Of a stretch of DNA of 64,000 nucleotides, positions 55,426 through 64,000 are shown piece by piece (position 1 is the first letter of the stretch; each line of letters opens with the position of its first letter). This stretch comes from a virus. Taxonomy: Duplodnaviria; Caudoviricetes. The translations under genes and the position numbers were made by a program. Under the pieces are notes generated by a model that searched no databases, was not told the DNA's origin, and saw nothing but the letters and a program-made list of their open reading frames with translations. The stretch lies in IMG/VR virus record IMGVR_UViG_3300029288_004108, positions 13,651-77,650 of that record. One strand, given 5' to 3'.

Positions 55426-55651
55426 TGGACTATACTCTCCATCGGATATAATATTTGAAGATGGAAAATTCCGGACTGTTGATGATCTCTATTATGCACA
55501 GTCTGATGCACTCGGACTCTGGACATGGCAAAAACGATCAAAGTCAAGTCTGAAAATTCCTGCCTATAATCATTATGTGGATGATGCTTTTTTCACTCAT
55601 CAGGAGGCTGTTGAAAAACTGAATGAGTATCTCAAGAGTCAAATGGTTTAA
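55412..55651 (+). CDS. Hypothetical protein
   Basis: 79 aa ORF. Confidence 0.55.
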   Translation: MNMNNGLYSPSDIIFEDGKFRTVDDLYYAQSDALGLWTWQKRSKSSLKIPAYNHYVDDAFFTHQEAVEKLNEYLKSQMV

Positions 55652-55671
55652 TTTAAAAATTCATTAAATCA

Positions 55672-55703
55672 TTTGATTCATTCCGATTATTTTATTATAT
55701 TTG
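55672..55703 (+). promoter_or_regulatory. Bacteroidota sigma-ABfr consensus promoter
   Basis: TTTG-N20-TATATTTG. Confidence 0.72.
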
Positions 55704-55731
55704 ATTTTGATTAATTAAAAAATCTGAAAAA

Positions 55732-56022
55732 ATGACAGAAAAAGATGTTAAAAAATTAGTTGAGCTTCAGCAGAATATAGAGCAATTAAAGAAAATAGCT
55801 AAGCTCTTACGGGAATATGAATTCCGTGTTACTTTCCCAAATTATTCTAATTATGAATATCTTCCTTTCCACCTAATACCAGAATTGGAAGAACAGACAA
55901 AGTATTTATTTACTGAGATGGTTGATGAGAGATTACAAGAATTGGAGGGTAAATTAAATACCCTAACTTTATGTAAACAGATCCCAGGAGGACCATCATA
56001 TACTCCCACAGAACTGGAATAA
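55732..56022 (+). CDS. Hypothetical protein
   Basis: 96 aa, first gene after the promoter. Confidence 0.6.
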   Translation: MTEKDVKKLVELQQNIEQLKKIAKLLREYEFRVTFPNYSNYEYLPFHLIPELEEQTKYLFTEMVDERLQELEGKLNTLTLCKQIPGGPSYTPTELE

Positions 56023-56023
56023 T

Positions 56024-57646
56024 ATGACATATCATCAGAAAAAATCTGCTTCCCTCTTTCAGACTGCTAAGGGGGAAGCAGTAATAAAAATAGTATTTCC
56101 TTATGATCCTGATGATATTGAAAAGGTAAGGACATTGCCTGGAAGAAAGTATCATAAAGAAGATCACTGCTGGTCATGCCCTATATTCCCAAAATCTGTG
56201 GAGATGTTGAAAGAGTGGGGATTTGAAATAGAACCCAGTCTTGCAATATCTTTACAAAAATCAAAGGAAAGACCAACGAAAATCAACATATCCGGTATAA
56301 AAGGACTTAAAGGAAAATTATATCCTTTTCAAAATGAAGGAGTAGCTTTTATTGAAACCAATAATGGAAGGGCTTTAATTGCCGATGACATGGGCTTGGG
56401 GAAGAGCCTCCAGTCTATTGCCTGGTTACAAATGCATCCCGAGAAACGTCCGGTAATCATTGTTGTTCCTGCATCACTCAAATTAAACTGGAAACAGGAG
56501 ATTGAAAAATGGACTGATGGATACCGAATAGAAATATTATCAGGAACTTCCCCTTGGCAATTATCAAAGAAGATTGATATTTTTATAATAAATTATGATA
56601 TTCTTTATTCCTGGATTGAATCATTGAAAGCTGTAAGTCCCAAGGTATTGATTACAGATGAGTGTCATCTCTATAAATCGAATTCTGCAAAACGCACTAA
56701 AGCTGTAAAGATGTTAGGGAAAGGAATTCCTCATATCATTGCCCTATCAGGTACTCCGATTGTAAACCGACCGATTGAAGCATTTAATGCAATTAAACTC
56801 ATTGAGCCAACACTTTTCAAAGATATGATGTGGTACGGGAGAAGATATTGTGGAGCTAATTATAATGGTTTTGGTTGGGATTTCTCAGGAGCTACCAATA
56901 CTGAGGAGTTAAATCAAACCTTGAAATCTACTATAATGATCCGTCGATTAAAGCAGGATGTTTTGAAAGAGCTTCCGGATAAAATAAAATCATTCACTCC
57001 CATTGAACTTGATAATCGAAAAGATTATCAATCAGCGGAAGATGATTTCATAGGATACATCCAACGGACAAGGGGTTTAGCGGCCAGTGAAAGGATATCC
57101 AATACTCAAGCCTTATCATCAATAGAAGGCTTAAAACAACTGGCTGTAAAGGGGAAATTAAAAGAAGCAACCGATTGGATCGATAACTTCCTGGAAGCAG
57201 ATGGAAAGTTAGTTATATTTATCACTCATCACTTTGTATCTGATCATTTGATGGAGCGATTTGGAAAGATTGCTGTAAAGGTTGATGGTGGGGTATCACT
57301 CCCGGAAAGACAAAGAGTAGTGGAAAAATTTCAAAAGGATCCATCCATAAAGTTATTTGTAGGAAATATAAAAGCTGCAGGTGTTGGACTTACCCTGACC
57401 GCTTCTTCCAATGTAGCATTCCTGGAACTTCCATGGACTCCGGGTGAGTTGATTCAGGCAGAAGATCGTTGTCATAGGATTGGGCAAAAGGATACAGTAA
57501 ATGTGTATTATCTGCTTGCAAAAAATACAATTGAAGAAAAAATTGCAAAGATTATTGATCGAAAAAGAAAAATACTGGATTCCGTACTTGATGGAAAACA
57601 AACCGATCAGGATTCATTATTATCAGAATTATTGAAAGAATACTAA
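56024..57646 (+). CDS. SNF2-family helicase with N-terminal HARP-like domain
   Basis: IVFPYD...LPGRKY...W; LYPFQ, ADDMGLGKS, DECH, LSGTP, QAEDRCHRIGQ. Confidence 0.9.
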   Translation: MTYHQKKSASLFQTAKGEAVIKIVFPYDPDDIEKVRTLPGRKYHKEDHCWSCPIFPKSVEMLKEWGFEIEPSLAISLQKSKERPTKINISGIKGLKGKLYPFQNEGVAFIETNNGRALIADDMGLGKSLQSIAWLQMHPEKRPVIIVVPASLKLNWKQEIEKWTDGYRIEILSGTSPWQLSKKIDIFIINYDILYSWIESLKAVSPKVLITDECHLYKSNSAKRTKAVKMLGKGIPHIIALSGTPIVNRPIEAFNAIKLIEPTLFKDMMWYGRRYCGANYNGFGWDFSGATNTEELNQTLKSTIMIRRLKQDVLKELPDKIKSFTPIELDNRKDYQSAEDDFIGYIQRTRGLAASERISNTQALSSIEGLKQLAVKGKLKEATDWIDNFLEADGKLVIFITHHFVSDHLMERFGKIAVKVDGGVSLPERQRVVEKFQKDPSIKLFVGNIKAAGVGLTLTASSNVAFLELPWTPGELIQAEDRCHRIGQKDTVNVYYLLAKNTIEEKIAKIIDRKRKILDSVLDGKQTDQDSLLSELLKEY

Positions 57647-58543
57647 ATGGATATCATTCAGTTATATCAGGATTTCTCAGTCCCGTTTGTCACGGAAGGA
57701 CATAAACATTCCCGGGAAGGTTGGGTTAATGTTGAGTGTCCATGGTGTGAGGGAAATCCGGGTTATCATTTAGGATATGAACTATCGTCAGATCACTATT
57801 ACTGCTGGCGTTGTGGCTGGCATCCGATTACTCCCACTGTAGCCCGATTGATTAATAAATCTGAAAGGGAAGTAGGGAGATTGATAAAAGAATATGGTTT
57901 GAGAATTCATCCTATACAAAAAGAAGAACTCAAACCAAAGAAAGAACATATATTACCAACAGGAGTAATGCCTTTACAATCAAAGCACATTGAGTATCTG
58001 GAAGCCCGGGGATTTGATTATACCCGGATATCAAAAATTTGGAACATCATGGGCACAGGGCCTGTCTCCCGCTTAGACAATATTGACTTTAAGCACCGGA
58101 TAATAATACCAATCATTTGGGATGGACAGGAAGTATCTTTCACATCAAGGGATGTAACGGGAAAGACTGATATGAGATATATTACCTGTCCGAAAGATCG
58201 TGAGTTAATTCATCATAAACATATACTTTATGGAAGATCCGAGTATTGGAAAGATATCGGGATATTGGTGGAGGGTCCGACTGATGTCTGGCGCATGGGT
58301 ACCAGCAGTTGTGCCACATTTGGAATCAAGTTTACTCATACTCAAATTAGAACTATTGCCTCCCGATTTAAAAGAATGGCAGTCTGCTTCGACGATGACT
58401 CCCAAGCCATCGTACAAGCTAATAAAATTGTGGCTGAATTAAAATTCCGTGGAGTAGATTCTTTCCGGGTTGATATCAAAGGAGATCCAGGAAGTATGCC
58501 TCAAGAAGATGCAGATTATTTAGTTAAACAATTAATAAAATGA
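57647..58543 (+). CDS. DNA primase (Zn-binding + TOPRIM)
   Basis: CPWC...CWRCGWH, RIIIPI, LVEGPTD, CFDDD. Confidence 0.85.
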   Translation: MDIIQLYQDFSVPFVTEGHKHSREGWVNVECPWCEGNPGYHLGYELSSDHYYCWRCGWHPITPTVARLINKSEREVGRLIKEYGLRIHPIQKEELKPKKEHILPTGVMPLQSKHIEYLEARGFDYTRISKIWNIMGTGPVSRLDNIDFKHRIIIPIIWDGQEVSFTSRDVTGKTDMRYITCPKDRELIHHKHILYGRSEYWKDIGILVEGPTDVWRMGTSSCATFGIKFTHTQIRTIASRFKRMAVCFDDDSQAIVQANKIVAELKFRGVDSFRVDIKGDPGSMPQEDADYLVKQLIK

Positions 58544-58731
58544 AAAAAGAATTTCCTTTAACTGATCGAGAAACAGCTTATTTCTACCTAAAGAAAGACT
58601 TTCTTTCTGCCTATAACAATAATGGGAAGAATATTCAACTTGCACTTGAGCAGGTATCTAATTTAAGGATGCTTCAAAAAGAATATGTTAGAAGTATTTT
58701 ATCTGATTATATTAAACAATTAAAGAAATGA
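58540..58731 (+). CDS. Hypothetical protein
   Basis: 63 aa, ATGA-coupled. Confidence 0.5.
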   Translation: MKKEFPLTDRETAYFYLKKDFLSAYNNNGKNIQLALEQVSNLRMLQKEYVRSILSDYIKQLKK

Positions 58732-58735
58732 AATT

Positions 58736-59056
58736 ATGAAATCATTTGTAAAGAAAATTACTTGGTTACCTTTCACTCCTCATGGTTGGGGTAATGGGTA
58801 TGTTATTATTCCAGAAGGACATCCGTGTCATGGAAAACATTATGATGATATTAATGTTTCTATTCACGGAGGATTAACTTTTTCAGCTTCCGTCAAAGAA
58901 TGTGACTGGGAAGAATTAAAAGGGGAAGATCCGGAAGGTTGGGTTGTAGGATTTGATACTGCTCACTATAATGATTCTCTATCTTCCTGGCCAAAAGTGG
59001 AAGTAGTAAAAGAAGCAAGAAGACTGGCAAAACAACTTGAAAAATTAGGAGAATGA
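58736..59056 (+). CDS. Conserved-type phage hypothetical protein (HGGLT / GFDTAH motifs)
   Basis: GNGYVIIPEGHP..IHGGLTFS..WVVGFDTAH. Confidence 0.65.
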   Translation: MKSFVKKITWLPFTPHGWGNGYVIIPEGHPCHGKHYDDINVSIHGGLTFSASVKECDWEELKGEDPEGWVVGFDTAHYNDSLSSWPKVEVVKEARRLAKQLEKLGE

Positions 59057-59208
59057 AAAAGCATAAAGAACTCACCCCGGAATTTATAGCTGAGCTTAAA
59101 GAAAGAATTGAGCTCCGGGAACAAATCATAGAAAATCAACGAAAGCTGATTGATGCTCTCCGAGATGATCTGAAAAGAAAACGTAAATGGTATCAATTTT
59201 GGAAATAA
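59053..59208 (+). CDS. 51-aa coiled-coil protein with aromatic tail
   Basis: Ends KRKWYQFWK; below the track cutoff. Confidence 0.6.
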   Translation: MKKHKELTPEFIAELKERIELREQIIENQRKLIDALRDDLKRKRKWYQFWK

Positions 59209-59224
59209 TAAAAAATTAATAGAA

Positions 59225-59524
59225 ATGAAAGAAAAGAAAATTACATACACTCGAGTGTATATTAAATCTAAAAAAGATTTACCAAAAGTTGATGGTGTAT
59301 ATTTTGTTATGGAACATTGTAAAGCTCGAACAGCTTCTGATACAGATATAGTCATTCCTGCACATGATGAGATAACAATCGCTGGATTTTTTCCAAATAA
59401 ACCAACACTGGATGATCCACGATATCGTCCTTATGACTATATTGCGGGATGGTTACAAACCATAAGATGGTATTTAATACCTGATGACAAGAATGAATTA
59501 TGGAGTGATTACCATAAATATTAA
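59225..59524 (+). CDS. Hypothetical protein
   Basis: 99 aa ORF. Confidence 0.5.
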   Translation: MKEKKITYTRVYIKSKKDLPKVDGVYFVMEHCKARTASDTDIVIPAHDEITIAGFFPNKPTLDDPRYRPYDYIAGWLQTIRWYLIPDDKNELWSDYHKY

Positions 59525-59526
59525 TT

Positions 59527-60477
59527 ATGAAAAGAATCCTTGTAACCGGAGGTGCTGGATTTATCGGATCACATCTCTGTGAATATCTACTCGATCAGGG
59601 GAATGAAGTAATCTGTATGGATAATTATTTCTCAGGTTCAAAAGATAACATCCGACACCTATTGAACAATCCATATTTTGAAGTGATGAGAGGAGATGTT
59701 CAACGGGCATTTATGATTGACTGTGATCAAATCTACAATCTGGCTTGTCCTGCATCACCTGTTCATTATCAACGATTCCCAGTCCAGACCATAAACACTT
59801 CTGTCAAAGGAATGATAAACACTCTCAATATTGGTAGAGCATTGGATATTCCTGTTTTGCAAGCATCAACATCAGAAGTATATGGAAGTCCGATGGTTCA
59901 TCCTCAGACAGAATCCTATTGGGGGAATGTAAACCCTGTCGGGATAAGATCATGTTATGATGAAGGAAAACGTTGTGCAGAAACAATTTGCATGGACTAC
60001 TACAGACAGTATGGAGTAAAAATAAAGATTGCCCGTATCTTCAATACCTATGGAACAAGGATGAGGAAAGACGATGGGAGAGTGATCAGTAATTTTATTG
60101 TTCAAGCTCTCAAAGGACTACCAATTACAATCTATGGAGGAGGCAATCAGACAAGATCCTTCCAGTATGTTGATGATCTTGTGGAAGGACTTGTCAGATT
60201 TATGAATACCGACGATAAAATAACCGGACCATTAAACATTGGTAATCCGGGAGAGTTTACAATGAAGGAATTGGCTGAGAAGGTATTGGAAATGACAGGG
60301 AGTAAATCAACAATAATTTATCTCCCTTTACCATCAGATGATCCTCCACAACGTCAACCCGATATTTCCCTTGCCATGGGAACAATTAACTGGAGACCAA
60401 AGATTACTCTTGACACTGGCCTCTTAAAAACAATTCAATATTTTGAACGATTACTCACAAAAGATAAAGAGATATGA
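59527..60477 (+). CDS. UDP-glucuronate decarboxylase (UDP-xylose synthase)
   Basis: [59 protein letters not shown]. Confidence 0.92.
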   Translation: MKRILVTGGAGFIGSHLCEYLLDQGNEVICMDNYFSGSKDNIRHLLNNPYFEVMRGDVQRAFMIDCDQIYNLACPASPVHYQRFPVQTINTSVKGMINTLNIGRALDIPVLQASTSEVYGSPMVHPQTESYWGNVNPVGIRSCYDEGKRCAETICMDYYRQYGVKIKIARIFNTYGTRMRKDDGRVISNFIVQALKGLPITIYGGGNQTRSFQYVDDLVEGLVRFMNTDDKITGPLNIGNPGEFTMKELAEKVLEMTGSKSTIIYLPLPSDDPPQRQPDISLAMGTINWRPKITLDTGLLKTIQYFERLLTKDKEI

Positions 60478-60860
60478 AACCAAAAAACATTAAAGAATTT
60501 CAGGCTTTAGTCAAAAGATACGAGACTATTACGCTTGATGAAATTAAAGAGGTGTGGAATGGAAAATATTGCAACCCAGCGAGAGGGCTTACGGGATTTG
60601 GTAGTAAATCGACCTGTTCATTATGTAATGCAGCTCTTAAAGTCTGTGTCTTTTGTGTTTATGGGCCAGCCCACTATGATTCAGACGGAGAACTTGAATC
60701 TTTTGCCTGTGTCGGTCATGAAAACTTTGAGAGTTATGAGGGAATTGATAACGCTAGTACCCCTAAAGAACTCCTTCTTGCCTACCGCAACCGTGCCAAA
60801 CATCTCCGTAAAACTTACTCTCAATACTTAACCGATGAAGCTCTCAAAGAAGAAGAATAA
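60474..60860 (+). CDS. Cys-rich hypothetical protein
   Basis: CSLC...CVFCVY...C zinc-binding pattern. Confidence 0.55.
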   Translation: MKPKNIKEFQALVKRYETITLDEIKEVWNGKYCNPARGLTGFGSKSTCSLCNAALKVCVFCVYGPAHYDSDGELESFACVGHENFESYEGIDNASTPKELLLAYRNRAKHLRKTYSQYLTDEALKEEE

Positions 60861-60882
60861 ACCTGAACCTTACCGATTCCGG

Positions 60883-61002
60883 ATGAATCATCCTTGGAAG
60901 ATGGATAACTGGGTATTTTGGATACTATTGGTAATGATGGGAGGATTGCTGGGAGCAGTGATATATTTGGGAGTAATTTATAGTCAATCAATAATAAAGT
61001 GA
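60883..61002 (+). CDS. 39-aa single-TM peptide
   Basis: MNHPWKMDNWVFWILLVMMGGLLGAVIYLGVIYSQSIIK. Confidence 0.45.
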   Translation: MNHPWKMDNWVFWILLVMMGGLLGAVIYLGVIYSQSIIK

Positions 61003-61008
61003 AAACTA

Positions 61009-61040
61009 TTTGGATTTTCAGATTATTTTTATTATTTTTG
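61009..61040 (+). promoter_or_regulatory. Bacteroidota sigma-ABfr consensus promoter
   Basis: TTTG-N20-TATTTTTG; spacer resembles that of the 55672 promoter. Confidence 0.7.
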
Positions 61041-61193
61041 ATTTTTAATGATCATAATTATATGGAGGCAGACATAAATAGATATAATTCCGGTTCATTT
61101 TTTCAGATTTTTTTGATTGATAAATTGATGGGTAATCAGGGGATTAGGTGCTGCCTCACCGAAGTCTCCTGATTTTTTTATTCCCTTATCGGT

Positions 61194-62036
61194 ATGGAAG
61201 AAAAAATAAATCAAACATTAGTATTAGAATTATTCCGAACAGAAGGATTTATTGTTTTAAACAAAAAAGCAATAAAAATTCTGGGATTAGTTCCAGCAGT
61301 TGTTTTAGGAAGTTACCTGGAAAGATATTCCTATTTTGTAAAGAACCATCCGGAGAATGACGGGTGGTTTTTTTCTGTTCATCAACAAATGTTGGAAGAA
61401 CTTAATATTGGAATAACAGTATTGAGAAAAGCAAAAAATGAATTAATTGAAAAGGGTATAATAAAAACAGAATTACGGGGAGTTCCTTCAAAAGAATGGA
61501 TAAGTATTGACTTCGATACCTTAACCCTATACGTTATAAAATCGGATCCCAAGGGTTCAGATTCCCGGATCAATATTAATAATAATAAAAATAATAATAA
61601 TATTCCGTCGAAACCTTCGGTTTCTCCTGTAGAAGAAGAGGATTTATCTGAAAAACATATTACCCTCTCCATGTTTGAATTATTTTGGAAAGCATACCCA
61701 AAAAAGATTGATAAGGGGAAAGCTCTTACTTCTTGGAAAAAATTATGCAATAAACCTCCAAAGGAAAAGCCTTTATGGAGGGTTCTTCGTAGAGCAATTC
61801 AACAACAGAAGCAAACTGAACGTTGGGGAGACCCCAAATTTATACCACATGCTTCTACCTGGTTAAATCAATCCAGATGGTTGGATGATCCAAAGGAAAT
61901 GAAAAATATTCAGTTTGGTGATAACCCCAACACTAAAGGGAAACCATCTTTTATTCATGATGATGGAATAAGATATGATTTAAGAGACGATGGGTATTAT
62001 TATCATTGTGTATCAGGAGAAAGGTATATTCCATGA
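61194..62036 (+). CDS. Replication initiator protein (N-terminal wHTH, C-terminal DnaD-like)
   Basis: Asn-rich linker, FELFWKAYPKKIDKGKA...HASTWLNQSRWLD. Confidence 0.8.
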   Translation: MEEKINQTLVLELFRTEGFIVLNKKAIKILGLVPAVVLGSYLERYSYFVKNHPENDGWFFSVHQQMLEELNIGITVLRKAKNELIEKGIIKTELRGVPSKEWISIDFDTLTLYVIKSDPKGSDSRININNNKNNNNIPSKPSVSPVEEEDLSEKHITLSMFELFWKAYPKKIDKGKALTSWKKLCNKPPKEKPLWRVLRRAIQQQKQTERWGDPKFIPHASTWLNQSRWLDDPKEMKNIQFGDNPNTKGKPSFIHDDGIRYDLRDDGYYYHCVSGERYIP

Positions 62037-63271
62037 TAGAACGTAGAATTATAATAGGATTGATAACCTCCACGGATTATCTAAAAACCATTCAGTCGAT
62101 GTGGAATCAATCCTACCTGGAATCATCCACAGCTAAGCACCTCTCACGCTGGTGTTGGGAATATTTTGAAAAATACCAAAAGGCTCCCGGCAAGGATATT
62201 GAAGCTATTTACTACACAAAAATCCGTTCAAATAAATTTCCAAAACAGTCAGCAGAAGAGATTGAGCAGGATATCTTACCCGGGTTGAGTAAGGAATATG
62301 AACAAACCGGGGCTGATCTTAAACCACTTCTTGATGATACCTCTCAGTATTTCCTCGAAAGGAAATTATCTATTCTCTCCACTTCTATTCAAGCTCTGAT
62401 TAAGGATGGCCAGTTGGAGGAAGCAGAAAAAATGATTGATGAATTTAAAACCCTTTCTACCTCCCCGATTAATCTTGAAAACTTTATACTTGATGTAGCA
62501 ACCATAAGGAATAGAAAGAAAAAGAAACCAATGTTATTAATGAAGCCTTGGTTGAGGGAAGGGCAGTTTACAATCATTTATGGAAATTATGGAACGGGCA
62601 AATCACTTCTGACACTTACCATTTGTTATCTACTCGGTTTAAGGGAATCGGATGCGGAGTTTGGTCCGTGGATGGTGAAAAATTCTACCGGTACTCTTTA
62701 TATTGACGGTGAGTTGGGGGAACAGGAAATGGAGGAAAGAGTATCAAAATTGGAATGGTTAGGAAAACAAAAGGCTTCCCTCAAACTCCGGGTATTATCC
62801 GTTCCGGAATATCAACATGCAACAGAAGATCATTTTCATCTATCGGATAGACCAAATCAGTTGAAAATAATTAATTGGTTAAAAGGAAATCCAGATTATA
62901 AAGTTGTGGTATTGGATAGTGTATCAACATTATTTGGTCTGGAAGAAGAAAATTCAAACTCTGAGTGGAATAATAAGGTAAATCCATTCCTGAGGGATCT
63001 CCGGGCAATTAATGTTGCCTGTATACTTTTACATCATGCCGGAAAGGATAATAAGAAAGGTTTGAGGGGAGCAAGTTCCATGGGAGCTATGGCAGAGAAT
63101 ATTTATCGTCTGACTAATAGTGATCATAAGTTGCCAGAAGCAGGAGAAGCATACTTCAAATTGACTAAAGATAAACAACGGGCAGGAGGATTTAGCTTTA
63201 ATCCTTTTTCTGCTCATTTCTTCCAGGAAAATAACGATAAGGAAATTCATTGGGAGATTACAGAAAACTAA
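62033..63271 (+). CDS. DnaB/RepA-like SF4 replicative helicase
   Basis: YGNYGTGKS Walker A, LYIDGE, VVLDS Walker B, LLHHAGK..RGAS. Confidence 0.85.
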   Translation: MIERRIIIGLITSTDYLKTIQSMWNQSYLESSTAKHLSRWCWEYFEKYQKAPGKDIEAIYYTKIRSNKFPKQSAEEIEQDILPGLSKEYEQTGADLKPLLDDTSQYFLERKLSILSTSIQALIKDGQLEEAEKMIDEFKTLSTSPINLENFILDVATIRNRKKKKPMLLMKPWLREGQFTIIYGNYGTGKSLLTLTICYLLGLRESDAEFGPWMVKNSTGTLYIDGELGEQEMEERVSKLEWLGKQKASLKLRVLSVPEYQHATEDHFHLSDRPNQLKIINWLKGNPDYKVVVLDSVSTLFGLEEENSNSEWNNKVNPFLRDLRAINVACILLHHAGKDNKKGLRGASSMGAMAENIYRLTNSDHKLPEAGEAYFKLTKDKQRAGGFSFNPFSAHFFQENNDKEIHWEITEN

Positions 63272-63296
63272 ATACTTAAAATTATGTGGGGAAAAT

Positions 63297-64000
63297 ATGA
63301 GTAAAGTTATTAAATATCAATATTCTTCCGGAGTTTATCAAATATTGTCTAAAATAAATGGAAAATTTTACATTGGATCCAGTGTAAATTTAAAGCAAAG
63401 AAAAGAGTTACATTTAATCCATTTAAGAGGAAGAGTTCACTCAAATAAACATCTTCAACGACATTATGATAAATATGGTATAAATGATTTATTATTTATT
63501 CCAATAGAATATTGCCCAAAAGAAAAATTAATAATAAGAGAGCAATTTTATATAGATAAATTAAAACCAGAGTTTAATATATTACAGAAAGCTTATTCTA
63601 CACTTGGATTGATTCATTCAGAAGAAAGTAAAAAGAAATCAAGTGAATCAAAGAGAGGAGAAAAGAATGCTTCTTACGGTATTCCAAAATCGGAAGAACA
63701 AAAACAAAAAATAAGTAAAAAATTAAAAGGTCGTGTTTTTTCAAAAGAAACAAGATTAAAAATAGGAATAAAATCTAAAGGTAGAATTGTATCAAAAGAA
63801 ACAAGATTAAAAATAGGTATTGCTCAAAAAGGTAGAATTCCTTGGAATAAAGGAAGGAAAACACCGGAAGAAGTAAAAAAGAAAATTAGTGAATCAGGAA
63901 AAGGGAAGCATTTTCATTCAGATGAAGTAAAAAAGAAAATTAGTACTTCTTTGAAAGGAAGAGTATTTACACAAGAATGGAAAGATAAAATTAATATTGC
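63297..64000 (+). CDS. GIY-YIG homing endonuclease with NUMOD3 repeats (3' partial)
   Basis: SGVYQILSKINGKFYIGSS, REQFY, SKETRLKIG repeats; runs off the window end. Confidence 0.88.
   Translation, partial: MSKVIKYQYSSGVYQILSKINGKFYIGSSVNLKQRKELHLIHLRGRVHSNKHLQRHYDKYGINDLLFIPIEYCPKEKLIIREQFYIDKLKPEFNILQKAYSTLGLIHSEESKKKSSESKRGEKNASYGIPKSEEQKQKISKKLKGRVFSKETRLKIGIKSKGRIVSKETRLKIGIAQKGRIPWNKGRKTPEEVKKKISESGKGKHFHSDEVKKKISTSLKGRVFTQEWKDKINI

Noticed and set aside
50439-60860. Phage-encoded bS21 among the small early ORFs
   Set aside because: None shows the basic, Arg/Lys-rich bS21 pattern (e.g. F..PS..RR); if present it lies outside the window.

Overview
The window is about 64 kb of a tailed dsDNA phage with a siphovirus gene set. 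The host is very probably Bacteroidota: there are TTTG-N19/20-TAnnTTTG promoters, signal peptides cleaved before Gln, and a lipoprotein with an acidic export signal. Three blocks are visible. (1) A + strand recombination arm at 1-8299: gp32-like SSB, RecA, RuvC, HNH, a split Rad50/SbcC, and Mre11. (2) A - strand late arm at 49402-8296: terminase, accessory fibre/glycosidase genes, a tyrosine recombinase, lysis genes, portal, head, tail and receptor-binding genes. (3) After a ~1 kb non-coding switch region, a + strand early/replication arm at 50439-64000: many small ORFs, a HARP/SNF2 helicase, primase, UDP-xylose synthase, initiator and helicase. The main feature is about 16 cytoplasmic glycan synthesis, transfer and decoration genes interleaved with the capsid genes: GT2, GT8-like, GT10, GT11, GT47, Maf/DUF115-like, two methyltransferases, a sulfotransferase, RfbH, DegT, GNAT and a split transketolase. 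A recurring DSSG motif, which I found only in virion morphogenesis proteins, accompanies them. Together these suggest, by inference, a phage-encoded virion O-glycosylation system with a dedicated sequon. Other notable items are a -1 frameshift in the tail chaperone, a nested scaffold start, a tRNA-like element without an anticodon, strong Shine-Dalgarno sites seen mainly at late structural genes, a putative outer-membrane beta-barrel in the lysis cluster, and an amber-interrupted pentapeptide repeat gene. All assignments come from reading motifs by eye; no database searches were run.
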